Positions 28,301 through 40,338 of a DNA stretch of 64,000 bases are shown here, in pieces. The position numbers and the translations under genes were made by a program. Within the stretch, counting starts at the first letter, position 1, and the number at the start of each line of letters is the position of its first letter. The notes under the pieces are model-generated. The model saw only the letters and a list, made by a program, of their open reading frames with translations, did no database searches and was not told where the DNA came from. The stretch covers positions 124,001-188,000 of the forward strand of contig JBHGNT010000021.1 in NCBI GenBank assembly GCA_043228905.1, given 5' to 3'. The DNA is from Azolla caroliniana. Lineage: Eukaryota; Plantae; Polypodiophyta.

Positions 28301-29177
28301 AAATCTTGCTTTTTTAATTCTAGATCATAGCTAGCGTTGTTAGGTTTGATTCGCATGTTTGAACACAAAATTCCGATATCACACTCGCTAGGTATGAACA
28401 TTTTAATTTACTCAAGGGCCCCTCTCAACTCCCTCCTCAAATTTGGTAATTTCGTCATGTCTCTCGACCTTAGTTTCAAAATCTTGATTTTTTAATTCCA
28501 TATCATAGCTAGCGTTGTTAGCTTCGATTCGCATGTTTGTACACAAAAATCCGATATCACACTCGCTATGTATGAACATTTTAATTTACTCAAGGGCTCC
28601 TCTCAACTCACTCCTCAAATTTGGTAATTTCGTCATGTCTCTCGACTTGAGTTTCAATATCTTGATTTTTTAATTCCATATCATAGCTAGCATTGTTAGC
28701 TTCGATTCGCATGTTTGTACACAAAAATACAATATCACACTCGCTAGGTATGAACATTTTAATTTACTCAAGGGCTCCTCTCAACTCACTCCTCAAATTT
28801 GCTAATTTCGTCATGTCTCTCGACCTGAGTTTCAAAATCTTGATTTTTTAATTCCATATCATAGCTAGCGTTGTTAGCTTCGATTCGCATGTTTGAACAC
28901 AAAAATCCGATATCACACTCGCCAGGAATGAACATTGTAATTTACTCAAGGGCTCCTCTCAACTCACTCCTCAAATTTGCTAATTTCGTCATGTCTCTCG
29001 ACCTGAGTTTCAAAATCTTGATTTTTTAATTCCATATCATAGCTAGCGTTGTTAGCTTCGATTCGCATATTTGTACACAAAAATCCGATATCACACTCGC
29101 TAGGTATGAACATTTTAATTTACTGAAGGGCTCCTCTCAACTCACTCCTCAACTTTGCTAATTTCGTCATGTCTCTC
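4383..29177 (+). repeat. Satellite family A main array, 178-bp monomers in 6-mer (1068 bp) and 9-mer (1602 bp) higher-order repeats
   Basis: About nine recognisable monomer variants recur in a largely fixed order. ORF-track offsets are 1068 (8045/9113/10181), 1602 (11071/12673; 14097/15699), 1780, 3382 and 5696, all multiples of 178. Confidence 0.98.
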
Positions 29178-32100
29178 ATATCATAGCTAAACTAGTTACC
29201 TTCGATTCGCATTTTTAAACCCAGAAATCCGATATCACAGGAGCCATCTATGAACATTTTCATTCATTGAGGAGCTCTTTTCTACGCCTTCCTCAAATTT
29301 GCTTTTTTATTCATTTCTGTCCACCTTAGTTTCAAAATCATGATTTTTCAATTCCATATCATGGCTAGTTTCGTATCCCTGGATTCGCATGTTTAAACCC
29401 AAACATCGGATATGACACGAGCCATCTATAATCATTTTGATTCATTGACGAGCTCTTGTGTACGCCTTCCTCAAATTTGCTTTTTTGTTCACGTCTCTCG
29501 ACCTAAGTTTCAAAATGATTATTTTTCAAATCAAATATCATAGCTAGATTCGTTACCTTCGATTCGAGTGTTTAAACCCAAAAAATCCGATATCACATGA
29601 GCCATCTCTGAACATTTTCATTCCTTCGATTCGCCACTTTAAACCCAAAAATCCGATATCACACGAGCCATGTATGAACATTTTCATTAATTGAGGAGGT
29701 CATAGCTAGATTCGTTACCTTCGATTCGAATGTTTAAAAGTTTCTAAATTATGATTTTCAAGTTCCATATCAGAGCTAGATTCATTACCTTCGATTCGGA
29801 TTTTTAAACCCAAAAATTCGATATCACACGAGCCATCTATGAACATTTTCATTCATTGAGGAGCACTTGTCTACCCCTTCCTCAAATTTGCTTTTTTGTT
29901 CATGTCTCTCGACCTGAGTTCCGAAATCATGATTTTTCAATTCCATCTCATAGCTAGATTCGTTACCTTCGATTCGCATGTTTAAACCCAAAAATCCGAA
30001 ATCACACGAGCCATCTATGAACATTTTTATTCATTGAGGAGCTCATGTCTACGCCTTCCTCAAATTTGCTTTTGTGTTCATGTATTTCGGTCTCAGTTTC
30101 CAAATCATGATTTTTGAACTCCATATCATACCTAGATTGGTTACCTTCGATAGGCATGTTTAAACCCAAACATCCGATATCACACGAACCATCTATGAAC
30201 ATTTTCAATCATGGAGGAGCTATTGTCTACGCCTTCCTCAAATTTGCTTTTTTGTTCATGTCTCTCAACCTGAGTTTCGAAATCATGATTTTTCAATTCC
30301 ATATCATAGCTAGATTCGTTACTTCGATTCGCATTTTTAAACCCAAAAATCGGATATCACAAGAGTCATCTATGAACATTTTCATTCATTGAGGAACCCT
30401 TGTCTACGCCTTCCTCAAATTTGCTTTTTTATTCATTTCTGTCCACCTTAGTTACAAAATCATCATTTTTCAATTCCATACCATGGCTAGTTTCGTTACC
30501 TTCTATTCGCATGTTTAAACCCAAACATCGGATATCACACGAGCCATCTATGAACATTTTGATTCATTGACGAGCTCTTGACTACGCCTTCCTAAAATTT
30601 GCTTTTTTGTTCATGTCTCTCGACCTGAGTTTCAAAATCATGATTTTTGAATTCCATATCATAGCTAGATACGTTACCTTCGATTCTCAAGTTTAAACAC
30701 GAAAATACGATATTACACGAGCCATCGATGAACATTTTCATTCATTGACAAGCTCTTGTGTACGCCTTCCTCAAATTTGCTTTTTTGTTCATGTCTTTCG
30801 GTCTTAGTTTCCAAATCATGATTTTTGAATTCCATATCATACCTAGATTTATTACCTTCGATTCGCATGTTTAAACCAAACATCCGATATCACACGAACC
30901 ATCTATGAACATTTTCAATCATTGAGGAGCTATTGTCTACGCCTTCCTCAAATTTGCTTTTTTGTTCATGTCTCTCCACCTGAGTTTCGACATCGCGATT
31001 TTTCAATTCCATATTATACATAGATTCGTTACCTTCGATTCGTGTGTTTAAACACGAAAATACGATATCACACAAGCCATCTATGAACATTATCATCCAT
31101 TGAGGAGCTCTTCTCTACGCCTTCCTCAAATTTGCTTTTTTCTTCATGTCTCTCAACAACAGTTTCAAAATCATGATTTTTGAATTCCATATCATACCTA
31201 GATCGGTTACCTTCGATTCGCATGATTAAACCCAAACATCCGATATCACACGAGCCATCTATGAACATTTTCATTCATTGAGGAGCTCTTGTCTAAGCCT
31301 TCCTCAAATTTGCTTCATTGTTCATGTTTCTCGACCTGAGTTTCAAAATCATGATTTTTCAATTCCATATCATAGCTAGATTCGTTATCTTCGATTCGCA
31401 TGTCTAAACCCAAAAGTCCGCTAGCACACGAGCCATCAATGAACATTTTCATTCATTGAGGAGCTCTTTTCTACGCCTTCCTCAAATTTGCTTTTTGATT
31501 CATTTCTCTCCACCAAAGTTTCAAAATCATGATTTCTCTATTCTATATCATACCTAGATTCGTTTCCTTCGATTCGCATGTCTAAACCCAAAAGTCCGCT
31601 ATCACACGAGCCATCTATGAACATTTTCATTCATTGAGGAACTCTTGTCTACGCCTTCCTCAAATTTCCTTTTTTCTTCATGTCTATCGACCTGAGTTTC
31701 AAAATCAAAATTTTCAATTCCATATCATACCTAGATTCGTTACCTTCGATTCGCATATTTAAACCCAAAAATCCGATATCACACGAGCCATCTATGAACA
31801 TTTTCATTCATTGACGAGCTCTTGTCTACGCCTTCCTAAAATTTGCTTTTTTGTTCATGTCTCTCGACCTGAGTTTCAAAATCATTATTTTTCAATTCCA
31901 TATCATACATAGATTCGTTACCTTCGATTCGTGTGTTTACACACGAAAATACGATATCACACGAGCCATCTATGAACATTTTCATTCATTGAGGAGCTCT
32001 TGTCTACGCCTTCCTCAAATTTGCTTTTTTGTTCATGTCTCTCGATCTGAGTTTCGAAATCATGATTTTTCAATTCCATGTCTTAGCTAGATTCGTTACC

Positions 32101-35100
32101 TTCGATTCGCATGTTTAAACCAAAAAGTATGATATCACACGAGCCATCTATGAACATTTTCATTCATTGAGGAGCTCTTGTTTACGCCTTTTTCAAATTT
32201 GCTTTTATCTTCATGACTCTCTACCTCAGTTTCAAAATCTTTATTTTTCAATTCCATATGATAGCTTGATTCATTACCTTCGATTCGCATGTTTAAACCC
32301 AAAAATCCGATATCACACGAGCCATCTATGAACATTTTCATTCATTGAGGAGCTCTTTTCTACGCCTTCCTCAAATTTGCTTTTTTATTCATTTCTCTCC
32401 ACCAAAGTTTCAAAATCATGATTTCTCTATTCTATATCATACCTAGATTCGTTTCCTTCGATTCGCATGTCTAAACCCAAAAGTCCGCTATCACACGAGC
32501 CATCTATGAACATTTTCATTCATTGAGGAACTCTTGTCTACGCCTTCCTCAAATTTCCTTTTTTCTTCATGTCTATCGACCTGAGTTTCAAAATCAAAAT
32601 TTTCAATTCCATATCATACCTAGATTCGTTACCTTCGATTCGCATATTTAAACCCAAAAATCCGATATCACACGAGCCATCTATGAACATTTTCATTCAT
32701 TGACGAGCTCTTGTCTACGCCTTCCTAAAATTTGCTTTTTTGTTCATGTCTCTCGACCTGAGTTTCAAAATCATTATTTTTCAATTCCATATCATACATA
32801 GATTCGTTACCTTCGATTCGTGTGTTTACACACGAAAATACGATATCACACGAGCCATCTATGAACATTTTCATTCATTGAGGAGCTCTTGTCTACGCCT
32901 TCCTCAAATTTGCTTTTTTGTTCATGTCTCTCGATCTGAGTTTCGAAATCATGATTTTTCAATTCCATGTCTTAGCTAGATTCGTTACCTTCGATTCGCA
33001 TGTTTAAACCAAAAAGTATGATATCACACGAGCCATCTATGAACATTTTCATTCATTGAGGAGCTCTTGTTTACGCCTTTTTCAAATTTGCTTTTATCTT
33101 CATGACTCTCTACCTCAGTTTCAAAATCTTTATTTTTCAATTCCATATGATAGCTTGATTCATTACCTTCGATTCGCATGTTTAAACCCAAAAATCCGAT
33201 ATCACACGAGCCATCTATGAACATTTTCATTCATTGAGGAGCTCTTGTCGACGCCTTCCTCAAATTTGCTTTTTTATTCATTTCTCTCCACCAAAGTTTC
33301 AAAATCCTGATTTCTCTATTCTATATCATACCTAGATTCGTTTCCTTCGATTCGCATGTCTAAATCCAAAAGTCCGCTATCACACGAGCCATCTATGAAC
33401 ATTTTCATTCATTAACGAGCTCTTGTCTACGCCTTCCTCAAATTTGCTTTCTTCTTCATGTCTATCGACCTGAATTTCAAAATCATCATTTTTTAATTCC
33501 ATATCATAGCTAGATTCGTTACCTTCGATTCGCATGATTAAACCCAAAAGTCCAATAACACACGAGCCATCTATGAACATTTTGATTCATTGAGGAGCTC
33601 TTGTCTATGCCTTCCTCAAATTTGCTTTTTTATTCATTTCTCTCCACCTGAGTTTCAAAATCATGATTTTTCTATTCTATATTATACCTAGATTCGTTAA
33701 CTTCGATTCGCCAGTTTAAACCCAAAAATCCGCTATCACACGAGCCATCTATGAACATTTTGATTTTGTTGAGGAGCTCTTGTCTACGCCTTCCTCAAAT
33801 TTGGTTTGTTGTTCATGTCTATCGACCTGAGTTTCAAAATCATGATTTTTCAATTCCATATCATGGCTAGTTTCGTTACCTTCGATTCGCATGTTTAAAC
33901 CCGAAAATCCGATATCACACGAGCCATCTATTAACATTTTCATTCATTGAGGAGCTCTTGTCTACGCCTTCCTCAAATTTGCTTTCTTTTTCACGTCTCT
34001 CCACCTGAGTTTCAAAATCATGATTTTCGAATTCCATATCATAGCTACATACGTTACCTTCGATTCTCAAGTTTAAACACGAAAATACGATATCACACGA
34101 GCTATCTATGAACATTTTCATTCATTGACGAGCTCTTGTCTACACCTTCCTCAAATTTGCTTTTTTGTTCATGTCTATCGACCTGAGTTTCGAAATCATG
34201 ATTTTTCAATTCCATATCATACCTAGATTCGTTACCTTCGATTCGCATGTTTAAACCCAAAAATTTGATTCACACGAGCCATCTATGAACATAATCCGAT
34301 ATCACACAAGCCATCTATGAACATTTTCATTCATTGAGGAGCTCTTGTCTACGCCTTCCTCAAATTTGCTTTCTTGTTCATGTCTCTTGACCTGAGTTTT
34401 AAAATCATTATTTTTCAATTCCATATCATAGCTAGATTCGTTACCTTCGATTCGCATGTTTAAACCCAAAAATCCGATATCACACGAGCCATCTATGAAC
34501 ATTTTCATTCATTGACGAGCTCTTGTCTACGCCTTCCTCAAATTTGCTTTTTTATTCATTTCTCTTGACCAAAGTTTACAAATCATGATTTCTCTATTCT
34601 ATATCATACCTAGATTCGTTTCCTTCGATTCGCATCTCTAAACCCAAGAGTCCGCTATAACACGAGCCATCTATGAACATTTTCATTCATTGACAAGCTC
34701 TTGTCTACGCCTTCCTCAAATTTGCTTTTTGATTCATTTCTCTCCACCAAAGTTTCAAAATCATGATTTCTCTATTCTATATCATACCTAGATTCGTTTC
34801 CTTCGATTCGCATGTCTAAACCCAAAAGTCCGCTATCACACGAGCCATCTATGAACATTTTCATTCATTGACGAGCTCTTTTCTACGCCTTCCTCAAATT
34901 TGCTTTTTGATTCATTTCTTCTTCATGTCTATCGACCTGAATTTCAAAATCATCATTTTTCAATTCCATATCATACCTAGATTCGTTACCTTCGATTCGC
35001 ATGTTTAAACCCAAAAGTCCGCTATCACACGAGTAATCTATGAACATTTTCATTCATTGAGGAGCTCTTGTCTACGCCTTCCTCAAATTTGCTTTCTTGT

Positions 35101-37150
35101 TCATGTCTCTTGACCTGAGTTTTAAAATCATTATTTTTAAATTCCATATCATAGCTAGATTCGTTACCTTCGATTCGCATGTTTAAACCCAAAAATCTGA
35201 TATCACACGAGCCATCTATGAACATTTTCATTCATTGAGGAGCTCTTGTCTACGCCTTCCTCAAATTTTCTTTTTTGTTCATGTGTCTCGACCTGAGTTT
35301 CAAAATCATGATTTTTCAATTCCATATCATGGCTAGTTTCGTTACCTTCGATTCGCATGTTTAAACCCAAAAATCCGATATCACACGAGCCATCTATTAA
35401 CATTTTCATTCATTGAGAAGCTCTTGTCTACGCCTTCCTCAAATTTGCTTTCTTGTTCATGTCTCTCCAACTGAGTTTCAAAATCATGATTTTAGAATTC
35501 CATATCATAGCTAGATACGTTATCTTCGATTCTCAAGTTTAAACACGAAAATACGATATCACACGAGCCATCTATGAACATTTTCATTCATTGAAGAGCT
35601 CTTGTCTACGCCTTCCTCAAATTTTATTTTTTGTTCATGTCTCTCGACCTGAGTTTTAAAATCATTATTTTTAATTCCATATCATAACCCGATTTGTTAC
35701 CTTCGATTCGCATGTTTAAACCCAAAAATCTGATATCACACGAGCCATCTATGAACATTTTCATTCATTGAGGAGCTCTTGTCTACGCCTTCCTCAAATT
35801 TTCTTTTCTCTTCATGTCTCTCGACCTGAGTTTCAAAATCATTATTATTGAATTCCATATCATAGCTAGATTCGTTACCTTCGATTCGCAAGTTTAAACC
35901 CAAAAATCCGATATCACAAGAGCCATCTATGAACATTTTAATTCATTGAGGAGCTCTGGTCTACGCCTTCCTCAAATTTGCTTTTTTATTCATTTCTCTC
36001 CACCTGAGAGTCAAAATCATGATTTTTGAATTCTATATCATATCTAAGTTCGTTACCTTCTATTTGCATGTTTAAACCCAAAAATCCGATATCACACGAG
36101 CCATCTATGAACATTTTGATTCATTGACGAGCTCTTGTCTACGCCTTCCTAAATTTTGCTTTTTTGTTTATGTCTCCCGACCTGAGTTTCAAAATCATCA
36201 TTTTTCAATTCCATGTCATACCTTGATTCGTTACCTTCGATTTGAATGTTTAAACTCAAAAATTCGATATCACACGAGCCAGCTATGAACATTTTCATTC
36301 ATTGAGGAGCTCTTGTCTACGCCTTCCTGAAATTTGTTTTTTTGTTCATGTCTCTCGACCTGAGTTTCAAAATCATCATTTTTCAAATCCATATCATAGC
36401 TAGATTCGTTACCTTCGATTCGAATGTTTAAACTCAAAAATCCGATATCACACGAGCCATCTATGAACATTTTTATTCATTGACGAGCTCTTGTCTAGGC
36501 CTTCCTCAAATTTGCTTTTTTATTCATTTTTGTCCACCTTAGTTTCAAAATCATGATTTTTCAATTGCATATCATGGCTAGTTTCGTTTCCCTGGATTCG
36601 CATGTTTAAACCCAAACATCGGATATCACACGAGCCATCTATAAACATTTTGATTCATTGACGAGCTCTTGTCTACGCCTTCCTCAAATTTGCTTTTTTG
36701 TTCATGTCTCTCGACCTGAGTTTCAAAATGATTATTTTTCAAATCAAATATCATAGCTAGATTCGTTACCTTCGATTCGAGTGTTTAAACCCAAAAAATC
36801 CGATATCACACGAGCCATCTCTGAACATTTTCATTCCTTCGATTCGCCAGTTTAAACCCAAAAATCCGATATCGCACAAGCCATCTATGAACATTTTCAT
36901 TAATTGAGGAGCTCATAGCTAGATTCGTTACCTTCGATTCGCATGTTTAAAAGTTTCTAAATCATGATTTCCCAATTCCATATCAGAGCTAGATTCGTTA
37001 CCTCCGATTCGGATTTTTAAACCCAAAAATCCGATATCACACGAGCCATCTATGAACATTTTCATTCATTGAGGAGCACTTGTCTACCCATTCCTCAAAT
37101 ATTCCTTTTTCTTCATGTCTCTCGACCTGAGTTCCAAAATCATGATTTGT
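29178..37150 (+). repeat. Satellite family B, diverged 178-bp monomers (copy 1)
   Basis: Consensus-like GAGCCATCTATGAACATTTTCATTCATTGAGGAGCTCTTGTCTACGCCTTCCTCAAATTTGC...AGCTAGATTCGTTACCTTCGATTCGCATGTTTAAACCCAAAAATCCGATATC. Period 178 (29824/30002), with many more inter-monomer differences than A. Confidence 0.96.
31441..33245 (+). repeat. Recent 889-bp (5-monomer) tandem duplication within family B copy 1
   Basis: Identical ORFs at 31851/32740 and 32135/33024 (offset 889). The repeat is absent from the paralogous B' block. Confidence 0.9.
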
Positions 37151-40100
37151 CAATGACATATCATAGATTGCTTCGTTAGCTTCGATTCGCATGTTTGAAC
37201 ACAAAAATCCGATATCACATGAGCCAAGTATGAACATTTTCATTTACTCACGTGCTTGTGTCTACGCCCTCCTCAAGTGTGGCACAAATTTGCTTTTTTG
37301 TTCACGTCTCTCGCCCTTAGTTTCAAACTCATGATTTTTCAATGCCATATCATAGACTGCTTCGTTATCTTCGATTCGCATGTTTGAACATAAACATCCG
37401 ATATCACAGGAACCAGCAATGAACAATTTCATTTAGTCACGCGCTCTTCTCTACGCCCTCCTCAAGTGTGCCACAACTTTGCCTTTTTCTTCATGTCTCT
37501 CGCCTTGAGTTTCAAAATCGTGACTTTTCAAATCCATATCATAGACTACTTCTTTAGCTTCGACTCCCATGTTTGAACACAAAAATCTGATATCACACAA
37601 GCTAGGTATAGACATTTTCATTTATTCATGTGCTCTTGTCGATGCCCTCCTCAAGTGTGGCACAACTTTACCTTTTTCTTCATGTCTCTCGCCCTGAGCT
37701 TCAAAATAATGATTTTGCAATTCCATATCATAGACTACTTCCTTATCTTCAATTCGATTGTTTGAAGGAAAATCCAACCTCACACAAGCAAGCTATGAAC
37801 ATTTTCATTTACTCGCGCGCTATTGTGTACGCCGTCCTCAAGTGTGGGACAACCATTCTTTTGTCTTCATATCCCTCGCCCTGAGTTTCAAAATAATGAT
37901 TTCTCAATGCCATATCATAGACTGCTTTGTTAGCTTCCATTCGCATGTTTGAACACAAAAACTCCAATATCACAAGAGCCAGCTATGAACATTTTCATTT
38001 ACTCACGCGCTCTTATCTACGCCCTCCTCAAGTGTACCACAACTTTGCCTTTTTCTTCATGTCTCTTGCCCTAAGTTTCAAAATCGTGACTTTTCAATGC
38101 CATATCATAGACTACTTCGTTAGCTTCGATTTACATGTTTGAACACAAAAAGCTAATATCACACGACCCAGGTATGAACATTTTCATTTACTCACGCGCT
38201 CTTGTCTACGTCCTCCTCAAGTGTGGCACAACTTTTCCTTTTTCTTCATGTCTCTCACCCTGAGTTTCAAAATCATGATTTGTCAATGCCATATCATAGA
38301 TTGCTTCATTAGCTTCGATTCGCATGTTTGAACACAAAAATCCGATATCACATGAGCCAGGTATGAACATTTTCATTTACTCACGTGCTCGTGTCTACGC
38401 CCTCCTCAAGTGTGGCACAACTTTGCTTCTTTCTTCATGTCTCTCGCCCTGAGATTCAAAATCATTCTTTTTCAATTCCGTATCATAGACTTCTTCGTTA
38501 TCTTCAATCTGCATTTTTGAACACAAAATTCCGATATCATACGAGCCAACTATGAACATTTTTATTTACTCACGCGCTCTTGTCTACGCCCTCCTAGAGT
38601 GTGCCACAACTTTACTTTTTTCTTCACCTGAATTTTAAAATCGTGGATTTTAAATTCCATATCATAGATTGTTTCCTTAGCTTCAATTCGATTGTCTGAA
38701 CAGAAAAATCCAATATCACACGAGCTAGTTATGAACATTCTCATTTACTCGCACGCTCTTGTCTACGCCCTCCTCAAGTGCGGCACAACTTTGCTTTTTT
38801 CTTCATGTCTCTCGCCCTGAGTTTCAAAATCATGATTTTTCAATGCCATATCATAGACTGCTTCGTTCGCTTCGATTCACATGTTTGAACATAAAAATCC
38901 GATATCACAAATCACCAAGGAATACAATGACACATATATTTAAGAACAATCAATATTGAACTAACCAAACAGGGGTTTGACGGCACAGCACTCAACCATT
39001 TGGACATGTAGTTGATATTGCAAAATAGTGATTCTTCAATTCCATATCATAGACTACTTTGTTAGCTTCGATTCGCATGTTTGAACACAAAAATCCGATA
39101 TTACAATAGGCAGCTATGAACATTTTCTTTTACTCACGGGCTCTGGTCTACTCCCTCCTCAAATGTGGCACAACTTTGCTTTTTTCTTCACCTAAATTCT
39201 AAAATTGTGTTTTTTCAATTCCATATCATAGGATGCTTTGTTAGCTTCGATTCGCAATTTTGAACACAAAAATCTGATATCACACAAGCAAGCTATGAAC
39301 ATTTTCATTTACTCACGCGATCTTGTCTACGCCCTCCTCAAGTGTGGCACAACTATAATTTTTTCTTCATGTCTCTCGCCCTCAGTTTCAAAATCATGAT
39401 TTCTCAATGCCATATCATAGAATGCTTTGTTAGCTTCGATTTGCATGTTTGAACACAAATATCCGATATCACACGAGCCAGGTATGAACATTTTCATTTA
39501 CTCACGCGCTCTTGTCTACGCCCTCCTCAAGTGTGGCACAGCATTGCAATTTTCTTCATGTCTTTCGCCCTAAGTTTCCAAAACATGATTTTTCAATACC
39601 ATATCATAGATTACTTTGTTAGCTTCGATTTGCATATTTGAACACAAAATTCCGATATCACACGAACCAGCTATGAACATTTTCATTCACTCACACGCTT
39701 TTGTCTACGGCCTCCTCAAGTGTGGCACAAATTTGCTTTTTTCTCCATGTCTCTCACCCTTAATTTCAAACTCGTGATTTTTCAATGCCATATCATAGAC
39801 TGCTTCGTTATCTTCGATTCGCATGTTTGAACATAAACATCCGATATCACAGGAACCAGCAATGAACAATTTCATTTAGTCACGCGCTCTTCTCTACGCC
39901 CTCCTCAAGTGTGCCACAACTTTGCCTTTTTCTTCATGTCTCTCGCCTTGAGTTTCAAAATCGTGACTTTTCAAATCCATATCATAGATTGCTTCTTTAG
40001 CTTCGACTCCCATGTTTGAACACAAAAATCTAATATCACACAAGCTAGGTATAGACATTTTCATTTATTCATGTGCTCTTGTCGATGCCCTCCTCAAGTG

Positions 40101-40338
40101 TGGCACAACTTTGCCTTTTTCTTCATGTCTCTCGCCCTGAGCTTCAAAATAATTATTTGGCAATTCCATATCATAGATTGCTTCCTTATCTTCAATTCGA
40201 TTGTTTGAAGGAAAATTCCAACCTCACACAAGCTAGCTATGAAAAATTTCATTTACTCGCGCGCTCTTGTGTACGTCGTCCTCAAGTGTGGCACAACCAT
40301 TCTGTTGTCTTCATATCCCTCGCCCTGAGTTTCAAAAT
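37151..40338 (+). repeat. Satellite family C, 189-bp monomers (copy 1, truncated)
   Basis: TTCGATTCGC at 37181 and 37370 gives a period of 189. Monomers contain CTCCTCAA-GTGTGGCACAA-CTTTGC. Confidence 0.96.
38911..39020. other. ~110-bp non-satellite insert within a C monomer (copy 1)
   Basis: ATCACCAAGGAATACAATGACAC...GGACATGTAGTTGATATTG has no similarity to the monomer. It recurs at 50936 and 53922. Confidence 0.9.

Noticed and set aside
1-29177. Identity with Arabidopsis CEN178 or presence of a CENP-B box
   Set aside because: Only the length matches. I do not recognise CEN178 sequence, and TTCG cores lack the downstream A..CGGG of a CENP-B box.
29290-37135. LTR retrotransposon (direct terminal repeats around the B block)
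   Set aside because: The terminal repeats and the interior are all satellite monomers. No TG..CA ends, PBS, PPT or coding domains are visible.
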